A stretch of DNA of 64,000 nucleotides from a virus. Below, in pieces: positions 28,865 through 38,377 of this stretch; the stretch's first letter is position 1, and every line of letters begins with the position of its first letter. The notes under the pieces were generated by a model, which was given only the letters and a program-made list of their open reading frames with translations, ran no database searches and was not told the origin of the DNA. The position numbers and the translations under genes are program-made. The stretch is taken from positions 1 to 64,000 of IMG/VR virus record IMGVR_UViG_3300027759_000073. One strand, 5' to 3'.

Positions 28865-29510
28865 GTGGGTTTGGTCCCGCATGTCTGTGCCACTTATTGT
28901 GACGAACAATACTCTTACCATTGCACTTCATCAGATATTTATCCCTCACGCGCATTGACCACTCTACATCTTCTTCTTCGTTCCATCCGCGAGACTCGTC
29001 CAGCGGCTCTTCCAGCATCACATGCTTTTTTAGCATGAAGAACCCGCCAGAGATATACATATATTGCGTTTGAGTCCAGTCGTTATAGTCAAGCGACCAG
29101 GCCCTACCGTGTCCAGGCTTGTCCCATAATGACCAATCCATTGGATTGCGTGCTCCATTGATTAGGTACTGGGGGCATGAGCAGATTTCCCAATCTGTCC
29201 CGAACTTCTTAAACTCTTCATACCAAGCACTATCAAAAATGTGGTAATCATGCATTAACACAATGTTTTCGTACTTCGCGTTCTGAACAAGAATGTTCTT
29301 TTTGCGGGTAATCCATCGCGGCTTTATTGACTCGTCAAAGTCAATCTTTACGATGTCATCGCCTTCAATCCCAGACGAATCTCCGCCGCCTACAAAAAGC
29401 ATTTCGTACTCTGGCACTCCAAGACTTCGGATGTTTTCAACAATTTCAGAAAGTCTATTTTTATCTTCGTAAACAGTGATTATCCCAAAGGTCCACGGAA
29501 TGTCATGCAT
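28854..29510 (-). CDS. GT-A fold (GT2-like) glycosyltransferase
   Basis: RKKN...AKYENIVLMHD, ISGGFF, WNEEEDVEWS.R. Confidence 0.7.
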   Translation of the reverse strand: MHDIPWTFGIITVYEDKNRLSEIVENIRSLGVPEYEMLFVGGGDSSGIEGDDIVKIDFDESIKPRWITRKKNILVQNAKYENIVLMHDYHIFDSAWYEEFKKFGTDWEICSCPQYLINGARNPMDWSLWDKPGHGRAWSLDYNDWTQTQYMYISGGFFMLKKHVMLEEPLDESRGWNEEEDVEWSMRVRDKYLMKCNGKSIVRHNKWHRHAGPNPHEK

Positions 29511-30603
29511 TCTCCGCACCTTCTAGTATTGAGCGATAAACATGATTCCATTCAGGTCCACGCTTTTCCATAGTGAATAGGTTCTTTACATTTGCAAGAT
29601 TCTCTTCAACTTCGTCTTTGCGCATTGATGGGTCCATAAGTTCGTTTAAGTGGTAATTCCACTCACTCTTGTTTCGCGCCACTCTTCCAACTCCATAACT
29701 TGCCATAAATTCATACTCGGGGGACCAGGATGAAATAAACGGAATGCCAGCGGCGACATACTCAAGTCCCTTGATAAAAGACTTTGCATGATTGAATTGA
29801 ACATCGTTCAATGGAACAATTCCAATATCAATTGGTGCAAAGAGTTTTGGGTAATCTAGAATTGGGACCAGTGGGAGCGTCGTAGTGGAATCCGCACTAA
29901 TCCCAAGTTGGTCGGCGGCGTGTGCTGCATTTGTCTGCAAGTGCCCAGAATGATGAAACTTTAGACCGTTGCTATTTATAAATGACCCCACAGAATCTGC
30001 CACCGATTCAAGGTCACTTGAGCGCCAAGGGGTAGCCCCAACCCAGCCAATTGTTGGCTTATCAACAAAGTTGACTTTGTTTCTCTTCCACCTATCAAGG
30101 TCAATGCCGTTTCGCACCATGAAGACATTGTCATTAAATTTTGAATAGTAATCGCCGAGGAATGGGGTTGACACCACAATGGCGTCGGCAAGAGCGATTA
30201 TTTTGTTATAGATATCTCTGTTATTCTCTGGGCTTTTCTCTGGGTCTGTAACATCGTAAGCACGGTTTGTCTTTTCTAGACCGTCATGCCAGTCGTCAAT
30301 ATCCACGACAATAATCTGCCCCAGTGCCTTTGCTTTGTGCATCTCTTCCAGAACTCTCTGATGCATAATGAGTTTAAAAACAATTATATCCCAACCGTGG
30401 ATTGCCTTTTCGTCCTCAACCATTAATCCGAATCCATGCGCTTCGTTAAATCCAGGGAAACCCATACCAGTACCCCACTGGTGCTTCTTTAGTTCCCTTG
30501 ATGGAAGAAGGCAGCGATACCATCCGCAACCATTGGGTTGAAGCGGCTTTGTTCCCCAAGACCAGTCAAATGTCAAAAAAGAGATATTTGGGTTCTTTTC
30601 CAT
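29503..30603 (-). CDS. GT-B fold (GT4-like) glycosyltransferase
   Basis: GCGWYRC..P, DIDD, VSTPFL, RNGID, DIGIVPL...FNHAKSFIKGLEY. Confidence 0.8.
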   Translation of the reverse strand: MEKNPNISFLTFDWSWGTKPLQPNGCGWYRCLLPSRELKKHQWGTGMGFPGFNEAHGFGLMVEDEKAIHGWDIIVFKLIMHQRVLEEMHKAKALGQIIVVDIDDWHDGLEKTNRAYDVTDPEKSPENNRDIYNKIIALADAIVVSTPFLGDYYSKFNDNVFMVRNGIDLDRWKRNKVNFVDKPTIGWVGATPWRSSDLESVADSVGSFINSNGLKFHHSGHLQTNAAHAADQLGISADSTTTLPLVPILDYPKLFAPIDIGIVPLNDVQFNHAKSFIKGLEYVAAGIPFISSWSPEYEFMASYGVGRVARNKSEWNYHLNELMDPSMRKDEVEENLANVKNLFTMEKRGPEWNHVYRSILEGAENA

Positions 30604-30689
30604 TTTTCTTCCTGTATTGTCTTCCAAGGTATGCGGCGCGATTCAACGCTACATGATAATAACACACCCGATTGGTTAACGAAAAACCA

Positions 30690-31157
30690 CTAAGAGATAT
30701 CAGTGTATTTTATAGAGTCTTTTTTTCTTTTGCTTTTATTGTAGGCAGAAATGAACTCTGGTGTACCTATTACATTTTGTCCGCCATCAACTTCATATAG
30801 CAGATTATATGAATTTTCTAGGGCAAAAAGTATAATCCAACTTAGTGTTGAAGCATTCATTGGTTTGCCCGACTCAAGTACCGACATATACGAAATATCA
30901 TCTAATCCTGGGTATGCAATTATCACATTAGATAATTCTGGTTTTAGCCACTCTGGAATGCGTGGGTCTATTAGCCATCCACACTTAAATGCTCTGCACA
31001 TCTCTGGTCTTTCTTCATGGATGGTGCAACCGACACCCTTGTCGACATAGTGGCAAGGTCTCCCATTATAGAAAACATGACCGTTTATCTCTCCAGAAAA
31101 GTACCCTTCACAGCACCTTGTGCATGTTCCGCATGACCTATTCAACTGGCTCTCCAA
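30690..31157 (-). CDS. YkgJ/UPF0153-like CxxCxxCC cysteine-cluster protein
   Basis: CGTCTRCC...PC...GCTIHEERPEMCRAFKC. Confidence 0.75.
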   Translation of the reverse strand: MESQLNRSCGTCTRCCEGYFSGEINGHVFYNGRPCHYVDKGVGCTIHEERPEMCRAFKCGWLIDPRIPEWLKPELSNVIIAYPGLDDISYMSVLESGKPMNASTLSWIILFALENSYNLLYEVDGGQNVIGTPEFISAYNKSKRKKDSIKYTDIS

Positions 31158-31181
31158 TTTTAAATATTTTTGGGTTATGCA

Positions 31182-31943
31182 TTATTCGGATTGCGTCTCA
31201 ACAATGTTATCTTTTATTTCGCGTAATATTTGATTCCGCAAACCCGAACGCCTAAATATCTCATACTTTTCCGTCAATTTTGAAAATCTTGGCAGTGGGT
31301 TCAACTGAACCAAGGAAAGCGCTATCGTGCTGAGTCTTTTTGTTACCTGATAACGATGTAGTCTTATCCTTTTATCAGTATGAAACTCAATATACATAAG
31401 TGGCTCATCCTGGTTTATTTGCAACTCATTAATCCCATCCCAAAGATTGAACTCGGCATTAAATGGTCTATACCATTTACCAATGTCAAAACGGCCAGGA
31501 ACTAGCGAGCCATATTTGCTGCTTTCAACATTGTGAAAGTACGGAGATGTCATGGATGCCATGACACTTTCATCTGAAAAAAGTAATAGCGAATACTCAA
31601 AATTTACAAGCATATTATTCTTTAAAGTTGGCTGATGCAAGACTGAACTTGGTGTCTGCAGTATTTCTGGAATATCGTAAAAAACTTTGTTATCAACATA
31701 TGTTGTATGATTTTTTACCATATTGTTAAAAACAAAAATATTCTTCATCTTGCTTGACACAGCAGGGCATTTAATGAATGTATCTCGCTGCTGATTACCA
31801 GCGTAGTTTTCCACACATTGGCTGTATAAAGAATTTGGTGATGGGTACAGGTGATTTAGGTCAAAGGCTAATGTTTGGTTCCAGTAAGGAGCCCAATATA
31901 TGTCAATATATTTACTGTCATCGTTTGTTTTGTATTCATACAT
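31182..31943 (-). CDS. conserved phage protein, distant paralog of 33090 and 39379 (DUF6065-like)
   Basis: KCPA, PGRFDIGKWYRP, DEPL.YIEF pattern. Confidence 0.5.
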   Translation of the reverse strand: MYEYKTNDDSKYIDIYWAPYWNQTLAFDLNHLYPSPNSLYSQCVENYAGNQQRDTFIKCPAVSSKMKNIFVFNNMVKNHTTYVDNKVFYDIPEILQTPSSVLHQPTLKNNMLVNFEYSLLLFSDESVMASMTSPYFHNVESSKYGSLVPGRFDIGKWYRPFNAEFNLWDGINELQINQDEPLMYIEFHTDKRIRLHRYQVTKRLSTIALSLVQLNPLPRFSKLTEKYEIFRRSGLRNQILREIKDNIVETQSE

Positions 31944-32673
31944 TTAAAATGTTATCCAGTTCCTCATTTGATACTTCTCGTGGGATTATCTCTGTCTGCA
32001 TTGTATTGGGTGATTCATGGTCTTGGGTGAATTCATCACAGTGAATAAATGAACTAATTATCCATTTATCCCCAGAAATCGGAACAAGCCCAGCGTGCTG
32101 ATGCGTCCACGATGCTGGGAATACCGCGATTCTTCCAGACACCGCATTTATTGATACATCATGGTCGATAAACCCAGTTCCGCCACCCTTTTCTACTGTA
32201 TTTAAATATATAATTACTCCAAGAACGCGCTTATTTACTGGGTGCTCCGTCCAAGGAGAGCCATCATGGTGGATTCTGTAAAACCCATTATTTTTCACAT
32301 AATGCTGAAGTCTAAATCCAGTGTTATATAAAACAGGTGACTGTTGCAAGACTGGGAATTCTTCAATATATAAAGCCATTGCTGATGACAATGCTTCTTG
32401 GATTTCAAAATAGTTTTTATTGAGCGACAAAGAATAAATGCCCATTGACTCATATGTTCCTGGATGAAAGTGGAAATCCATCGACGATTTTATATTTGGG
32501 TTATACCCACCAATTGTCGGCCCGTTAGAAAAAAACTGACCGTAATTTTTTATGCATTCTTGGATTATCTCATCACAGCATTGTTTTGTTATCAGGTCAT
32601 CAATAAAGGCAATATGCCCAGATTTTTCTCCTGCGTATTTAAGCATATGAGCCAATCTCTGATTCTTCCCCAT
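31936..32673 (-). CDS. 2OG-Fe(II) oxygenase (prolyl-4-hydroxylase-like)
   Basis: HHD...RVLGVIIYLN...GGGT.F...FPASWTHQH...KWIIS. Confidence 0.9.
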   Translation of the reverse strand: MGKNQRLAHMLKYAGEKSGHIAFIDDLITKQCCDEIIQECIKNYGQFFSNGPTIGGYNPNIKSSMDFHFHPGTYESMGIYSLSLNKNYFEIQEALSSAMALYIEEFPVLQQSPVLYNTGFRLQHYVKNNGFYRIHHDGSPWTEHPVNKRVLGVIIYLNTVEKGGGTGFIDHDVSINAVSGRIAVFPASWTHQHAGLVPISGDKWIISSFIHCDEFTQDHESPNTMQTEIIPREVSNEELDNILNV

Positions 32674-33097
32674 TTGAAACTGAAAAATTTACCTCTGTAA
32701 TCTTTATGGACTCCAGAAATACAGAAATTGAATAGTATCCCTCTGACTCAAAAAATGCAGGTAGCGCGCAGTGATGCAGGTCGTGTTTAATTACATCCAT
32801 CTTGAATGTTTTTCTAATAAGAGCATTATCCATAGAAAGAAAAAAATCAAGTTTTGAGCAGTCTACGAAATCGTCATAGTAATTGAATGACATCGACCTG
32901 TTTGGTTTTATAACTGGTGGGAATGGCAAAAATCCAGAGTATATGGGTATTAAAATAACGCTAACTTTATCTCTATCAAATTCCATTCCAGTCGTTCGCT
33001 CGGAGTCGCCAATCTGAATTGGCAAAGACCACTCCTTTGCAATTAATTCAGCCTCTTCAATATTTTCAACTGACGGACAAAATACAACCCTATCCAT
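32639..33097 (-). CDS. hypothetical protein
   Basis: 152-aa ORF with GGAGG RBS, overlapping both neighbours. Confidence 0.6.
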   Translation of the reverse strand: MDRVVFCPSVENIEEAELIAKEWSLPIQIGDSERTTGMEFDRDKVSVILIPIYSGFLPFPPVIKPNRSMSFNYYDDFVDCSKLDFFLSMDNALIRKTFKMDVIKHDLHHCALPAFFESEGYYSISVFLESIKITEVNFSVSNGEESEIGSYA

Positions 33098-33947
33098 TGT
33101 CGCCTCCTATTTTTTTATCTACCCTGTTTTGCTCATGCTTATATGCGCCTTCCCACGAGACTCGGCGATGAATATTGTCAAAACCAAGGTTATTCAGCAA
33201 TTTGTAAATCCCAGAATCGCCTTTAATCAATTCAGAATTTTTTATTACATCTGCTCTCTTGAAGGGTATGGCGTGGAACATTGGTGTTCCTTCCGCGATT
33301 GAGAATTCAGAAGTGCTTGTAATATTTAGAACGATATTGCAGTGGTGGTAGTAATCAGTGTTTACAACACCAGCCATTACATGGTAGTTATCATTTGGCT
33401 CCCACTGTGGATGTATAAAAAGTGTGGAGTACCCAGGGGCAGTCTTAAAAAGCCACGGGTTAGTCAGTTTCAAGTATGATGACTCCTCGCGACCTTTAAT
33501 CGAGGCTACTGGGCACTTTCCAGCCTGTTCCGCTGGAAATTGGTTTCCCATAAGTTCGTTATGAGACATTATTTGAGCAAACTCTTCATTGCTTAAGAAT
33601 TCAGCACCGTATAAATCTGGGTCAAGAATGTCATACTTTGCGTCCCAGTTTTTATGAAGTTTATTTAGTGGTGTCCTTACATCCAACTTTGCCCACAGCG
33701 GAACAGTGTATCCGCCACGAATATAGTCGCTGAGTCCGAAGCACCTCTTTAGACCGCTAGTTCCGCCAGCGATTTCCTTATACCAATCTGGGGTTTTTTT
33801 CCTATTCTCAAATACCTCAACCTTTGGATGCCAAAGTGTATTTGATACAGGAACTGCTAGTAGTTCGTATGGTTTTGGTACTGGTATTTCTGAAAAAATA
33901 TCAGCCTTTACTACACTACCTTTTTTTGAAAATAGACGCATGGTCAA
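33090..33947 (-). CDS. conserved phage protein (DUF6065-like)
   Basis: PDWYK...KRC...GY.VP.W...PW..KTAPGYSTLFIHP...GVVNTD...GTP...IPFKR; same motifs as 39379-40107. Confidence 0.6.
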   Translation of the reverse strand: MTMRLFSKKGSVVKADIFSEIPVPKPYELLAVPVSNTLWHPKVEVFENRKKTPDWYKEIAGGTSGLKRCFGLSDYIRGGYTVPLWAKLDVRTPLNKLHKNWDAKYDILDPDLYGAEFLSNEEFAQIMSHNELMGNQFPAEQAGKCPVASIKGREESSYLKLTNPWLFKTAPGYSTLFIHPQWEPNDNYHVMAGVVNTDYYHHCNIVLNITSTSEFSIAEGTPMFHAIPFKRADVIKNSELIKGDSGIYKLLNNLGFDNIHRRVSWEGAYKHEQNRVDKKIGGDNG

Positions 33948-35385
33948 CCAATGTTTCCTTTAGTGCATTTGTTTTTAATTCTGCAAATATACGGGCTGCC
34001 TTTTCTCTTGAGCCATAGGCATTTAATTCCCTTGTTGCTATCTCCCTAGATACTAGCCCTTGTCCTTGAGCAACATGCCAAAAATGAGCACTATGAAATA
34101 CTTCATAGCCGAATATTGGTGTGTCATACGACTGTGGGCAGCGCTCTTTCCATAAATCTATCAATGTGCTTAATAATTCTGGCTTTTCTGCATTTTGTTG
34201 TTCCCTCCACATTTCTGTGTCAGACCTGTCAGAAATATAGTGCATTGCGACCATCGTTACTAGGTTCTCCATAAGCAGCGCTGTTTGCTTATTGTGCTGT
34301 TCAATAACCGCCTTTGAACCAGGGACATATGCCCCTATAACCGATACCAGCATCCTGGCCTGCTGAATAGATGTGGCAATTGAGGTTGCTTCTAATGGCT
34401 CAAGGAATGATGAGGATAGACCAACGGCAGCACAATTGTATGCCATTGCTGTCTTGTAGTATCCAGATTTAAATTTAATTATTCTTGCTGGCTGAATATC
34501 CCTGCCATGTGCGTCAGATATTTCCTTTACGGCCTGCTCGTCCGAGCAGAAATCTGAAGCAAAAACATACCCATTTCCCCTTCGCTCTTGAGTTGGTATC
34601 TCCCACATCCAGCCATTTGGCATTGCCCTTGCCCTTGTGTATGGCCTGATTTGACCAGACTCATCAGACTCTGTCTGAAATACTGCAGCAGAATCGCATG
34701 GCAAAAATTTTCTATATGAGTAAAAGTCGGAGTCGTTGTCAACAAGTTTGCCCATTAGGGCACGGTGAAATCCAGATGAGTCAATGAAGAAATCTGCTGC
34801 TACTTCAGTTTTATTCTGCAATATGACTGACTCGATATTCCCATTCTCTGAGTTGCGAGTTATATCCTCAACTTCTCCATCTATAAATTTGATTCCTCTT
34901 GATTGTGATACATCTTTCAAGTATGTATTGAGTTTAAAAGTATCAAAGTGGAACTGATTCACAGCATTATGTGGACTTTGCTTATTCAACGGAATTTTAT
35001 TATTGTACAAATGACTTATCATTGCATTTGTTAGCAACATATTGTTTTCTATAGCAAATGCGTAGTTCCCAGCAAAGTAGTGCGGACCTACCTCTCCACC
35101 ACTAACGCTGTGGAAATAATCTGGGGTATGTGTTGTCCATCCCTCAAACCTTATGCCGTATTTATGCGTTGCTGCACAACGGTCAACCATCTCATCAACT
35201 GATATTCCGTGTTTATCTTGGAAAAAAATACGCCAGTGCTCAGTTGAGCCTTCGCCAACTCCGATAATCCCAATTTTCTCCGAGGACACAACAGTAATTT
35301 CGTGGTATGGAAGGTGCCCTTTTAAAATTATTGCAGAGACAAGTCCAGATGTTCCTGAACCAACAATGCAAATGTGCTTTTTCAT
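33916..35385 (-). CDS. flavin-dependent halogenase (tryptophan halogenase/PrnA family)
   Basis: GSGTSG FAD motif, GVGEGS, catalytic Lys in ATHKYGIRF, GWMWEIP (WxWxIP), FLEPLEATSI; start re-called at MKKHIC. Confidence 0.9.
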   Translation of the reverse strand: MKKHICIVGSGTSGLVSAIILKGHLPYHEITVVSSEKIGIIGVGEGSTEHWRIFFQDKHGISVDEMVDRCAATHKYGIRFEGWTTHTPDYFHSVSGGEVGPHYFAGNYAFAIENNMLLTNAMISHLYNNKIPLNKQSPHNAVNQFHFDTFKLNTYLKDVSQSRGIKFIDGEVEDITRNSENGNIESVILQNKTEVAADFFIDSSGFHRALMGKLVDNDSDFYSYRKFLPCDSAAVFQTESDESGQIRPYTRARAMPNGWMWEIPTQERRGNGYVFASDFCSDEQAVKEISDAHGRDIQPARIIKFKSGYYKTAMAYNCAAVGLSSSFLEPLEATSIATSIQQARMLVSVIGAYVPGSKAVIEQHNKQTALLMENLVTMVAMHYISDRSDTEMWREQQNAEKPELLSTLIDLWKERCPQSYDTPIFGYEVFHSAHFWHVAQGQGLVSREIATRELNAYGSREKAARIFAELKTNALKETLVDHASIFKKR

Positions 35386-35386
35386 T

Positions 35387-35992
35387 TCATTCAAACCATG
35401 AAACAAATGAATAACGAACCGTATCATCGCTAATACCAGTTGGATTTACATGGTGATAATAAGGAAAATTAGATGGGAATAGGATAATGCTTCCAGCCTT
35501 TGGCTTTACTGTAACCCCAATCAATGGAAAGACAATCTCCCCACCAGTAAAATCATCATTTAAAAATCCAATAATACTCAACACCCTTTTGTTGTCTGGA
35601 TGGTGGTCAATGTGGCCTTTATACTCCGCTCCGCGACCATACTTGAGAACCCTAAATCCCTCATCTTGCTGCAAATTTAACGAATACATTGTACGATAAT
35701 GCCAAATTGCCTGTTCTAGATTCTCTCGTATGTTCAACCAGGAATCAGAAAGTGGTTTCATTCTTTCGACAGTCATGAGTTCTTTGTCGAGTTGGAGCGG
35801 GCTTAATTCGCAACCCAAAGAAGAGCGATAGTCAGTTACAAACTGGTTATTATTAGAACCAGTTCTAGTTTGATACCAATTTAAATATCCCCAATCACGC
35901 TTGCATTCTTCTTCTAGTAAGTCAATAAAATTTTCTGTTTTGAAGACTCTGTCATACTGAACAATACATGTTCCAAGTTGCTCGTGTTTCAT
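35387..35992 (-). CDS. 2OG-Fe(II) oxygenase (prolyl-4-hydroxylase-like)
   Basis: HID...RVLS...LNDDFTGGEI.F...FPSNFPYYH.V...RYS. Confidence 0.9.
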   Translation of the reverse strand: MKHEQLGTCIVQYDRVFKTENFIDLLEEECKRDWGYLNWYQTRTGSNNNQFVTDYRSSLGCELSPLQLDKELMTVERMKPLSDSWLNIRENLEQAIWHYRTMYSLNLQQDEGFRVLKYGRGAEYKGHIDHHPDNKRVLSIIGFLNDDFTGGEIVFPLIGVTVKPKAGSIILFPSNFPYYHHVNPTGISDDTVRYSFVSWFE

Positions 35993-35998
35993 AAGAAT

Positions 35999-36026
35999 AT
36001 AGTATCACTAATCTCTGCAATGTCAA
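35999..36026 (-). promoter_or_regulatory. promoter of the oxygenase/halogenase cassette, probably leaderless
   Basis: TTGACA-16 nt-TACTAT with TGn extension, then 6 nt to the ATG at 35992; no Shine-Dalgarno. Confidence 0.65.
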
Positions 36027-36048
36027 TGATTAAATTATTAGAAATTTA

Positions 36049-37281
36049 TCATCCATCAATGTCTTGCACGAAAGTCGTATTTCCAGTTGCAATATGCGTG
36101 CTGATATTTCTGGTTAGGACTACAAGCCCACCCTGTTTTCCAGTCGCACCAGTTCCACCCTGCGCACCAGCGTTTCCAGAAGTTCCTGGGTTTCCAGGGT
36201 TTGCCGTTCCAGCCGCGCCTCCAGGATATGTTGGGTTGTGATATTGCGTACCAGGATGTGAATAATGGAATGAACTTCCTGGGTGTGAGTGATAATAAAC
36301 TGTTGCTGGGGTGTGGTGCGCGTACGCATTAACATGGTGCCAACCAGGGTTGTGCGCGCCGTATTTACCGTTATGGCTACTGCAGCAGTGGTATGAGGCT
36401 TCTGGGTTATGAGCGGCTGCGTTGTGAGCGCCTGCATGTCCAACTGGGTTGTGCCCAACAGCGTGACCAGTTGGGTTATGTGCAGATGTTCCAGCAACAG
36501 TGGTTCCAGCATTTCCTGCGACACCAGCATTTCCAGGATTTCCCGCACCTCCTGGATTGCCTAATGAGCCAACATTTCCTGAAGTTGGTTCGCTAACAAA
36601 TGTTCCCGTTCCAGTGATGGTTTTAGCAACTACTACAACGACTCCGCCACCTTGTCCACCAGTTCCGCCAGCACCGCCAGTTCCTGCCGCACCAAACGAG
36701 CCTCTTGTCCCAGCCGTTCCTGGGTTTCCAGCGGTTGCTCCACCGCTAGGCGAAGGTGCTGCACCTCCAGGGTTTGCTGTTCCGTCTGTTCCAGTGGAAC
36801 CCAAGTTTCCAGCGGCTCCAGTTGACCCATCAGCACCAACCGCCCCAACATACCACCGTGACAAACTTGCACCAGATTGGACTACTCCATTTAACAGTGA
36901 ATCGTAGTCCTTGACATTTCCTACTGGGAGAGTTCCAGATGAGTTTGCTGAATCAATTGAACTGCCAGCAGAGAATCCGCCAGTTCCATCTATTCTTGTT
37001 AGTACTGTTCCAGCCAGCACTGCCGTAGTTTGGGCTACTCCAGCAGGCATTCCGACTGTGCCGTTGTTGGTCAGTGTATTCTTTACGAATAATCTAAATC
37101 CGTTAGTAAATAAAGTTACAGATGCACTTACGGTCAAAGTATCATAATACATGTCTCGCGACAAAAAAGTATTTGTTGAAATTACAACAGTTCCATCAAC
37201 GCCATTTCCGAATAACTTATCTGAGCCAGTCTTTTGAACTGGAGTTGTCCGTGTTGATGAAAATCTGTTGATTAAAGGCAT
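36049..37281 (-). CDS. Gly-rich virion/fibre-associated protein with Gly-X-X arms and a His-rich insert
   Basis: N-terminus paralogous to 37281-38015 (G.G.DG...IS.NT.L..D..Y..LT.....L..NG.R.FV.NTLT); start re-called at MPLINRF (TAATG overlap); 18 His in an 87-aa insert. Confidence 0.7.
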   Translation of the reverse strand: MPLINRFSSTRTTPVQKTGSDKLFGNGVDGTVVISTNTFLSRDMYYDTLTVSASVTLFTNGFRLFVKNTLTNNGTVGMPAGVAQTTAVLAGTVLTRIDGTGGFSAGSSIDSANSSGTLPVGNVKDYDSLLNGVVQSGASLSRWYVGAVGADGSTGAAGNLGSTGTDGTANPGGAAPSPSGGATAGNPGTAGTRGSFGAAGTGGAGGTGGQGGGVVVVVAKTITGTGTFVSEPTSGNVGSLGNPGGAGNPGNAGVAGNAGTTVAGTSAHNPTGHAVGHNPVGHAGAHNAAAHNPEASYHCCSSHNGKYGAHNPGWHHVNAYAHHTPATVYYHSHPGSSFHYSHPGTQYHNPTYPGGAAGTANPGNPGTSGNAGAQGGTGATGKQGGLVVLTRNISTHIATGNTTFVQDIDG

Positions 37282-38015
37282 TACGCCACCTGCATGTAAT
37301 TCACTGTTCCAGCGGAACAACCAGTGCCGCCAGTAACATCTGTTGAAACGGAACTATTTAGCACCGTTGCAGAAGATACTACCAAAATAACACCGCCACC
37401 GCCACCACCAGCACCTGCGGTTCCTGGGGCTTTGAAATATGCGGTTCCAGATGAAACGGTTATATAACGAGCAGAAATAAGTACCACTCCACCGCCTGCT
37501 CCAGATGCTCCACCAGCACCACCGCGAAGGAATGTTGGAGTTGTGCTAGATGCAGTTACTGCCCATCCACGAATAGCCTGCAGCGGTTGCTGGTAGTACT
37601 GTGAGCCGCCAAGAGCCGCCGTTGGTGCAGTTGCAGTCTGTGTCGCGCTCGCGCCACCAAGGCTATGTGTTACAGCAACTGTTGCTGCTCCACCCTGCGC
37701 TACTGTTCCAGCAGTTGAATATCCTGTTGAGTGACCAATTACTGAGTTTGGACCAAGAGTCAGCGTATTTCTAACAAATATACGGTATCCGTTAGGAGTT
37801 AATTGAATACCATCAGCAATCGTAAGATTGTTATAGAACTTGTCCGAAGTAAGGGATGTATTCGATGAGATTGTTGCGTCTCCATCACTTCCACTGCCAT
37901 ACACTGGGTCTGGCAAGTTTAGGTATGTGGCAGTAGCAACAAGTGCGCTGGAAATAGACGAAGTTGCTTCAGCCGTTGATATTCCAGTTCCGTTCACGCG
38001 AACGAACGCAGCCAT
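37281..38015 (-). CDS. Gly-rich fibre-associated protein
   Basis: GGAGG/GGGGG polyglycine motifs; lies in the fibre gene block. Confidence 0.65.
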   Translation of the reverse strand: MAAFVRVNGTGISTAEATSSISSALVATATYLNLPDPVYGSGSDGDATISSNTSLTSDKFYNNLTIADGIQLTPNGYRIFVRNTLTLGPNSVIGHSTGYSTAGTVAQGGAATVAVTHSLGGASATQTATAPTAALGGSQYYQQPLQAIRGWAVTASSTTPTFLRGGAGGASGAGGGVVLISARYITVSSGTAYFKAPGTAGAGGGGGGVILVVSSATVLNSSVSTDVTGGTGCSAGTVNYMQVA

Positions 38016-38377
38016 TACGACTCCTCAATACCAGTAACAATAATATTTACTGCGGTGTTTGCACTTGCATAACCAATAAGTTGGTCGCTGTTTGTTGCGT
38101 TTGCAGTACTTCCGTTATTTGTAAAAACAAGGTTTGTTGAAAGTAAAACTGTTTCGTTCGCAGCAAGCGAAAGTGCATTTGTGAAGTTCTGAGTTGAAGC
38201 CTGAGCCACATTTAATGGCTTTAGAACAAGCGTTACCGTTACCGCGCTGCCAGTCGTATTGCACAGAATAATCTGCTTTGCAATAGCCGTGGTACTAATC
38301 GGTGTGGTATAAAGAACCGTTGATGTAGTTGTCGTTAGTTGGGAAGGCCCAACAAGACGCTTCTGTGTTAATGCCAT
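38015..38377 (-). CDS. small virion protein of the fibre block
   Basis: LYTTP...KQIILCNT...LAANET...VNIIVTGIE beta-sandwich pattern; TAATG overlaps. Confidence 0.6.
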   Translation of the reverse strand: MALTQKRLVGPSQLTTTTSTVLYTTPISTTAIAKQIILCNTTGSAVTVTLVLKPLNVAQASTQNFTNALSLAANETVLLSTNLVFTNNGSTANATNSDQLIGYASANTAVNIIVTGIEES

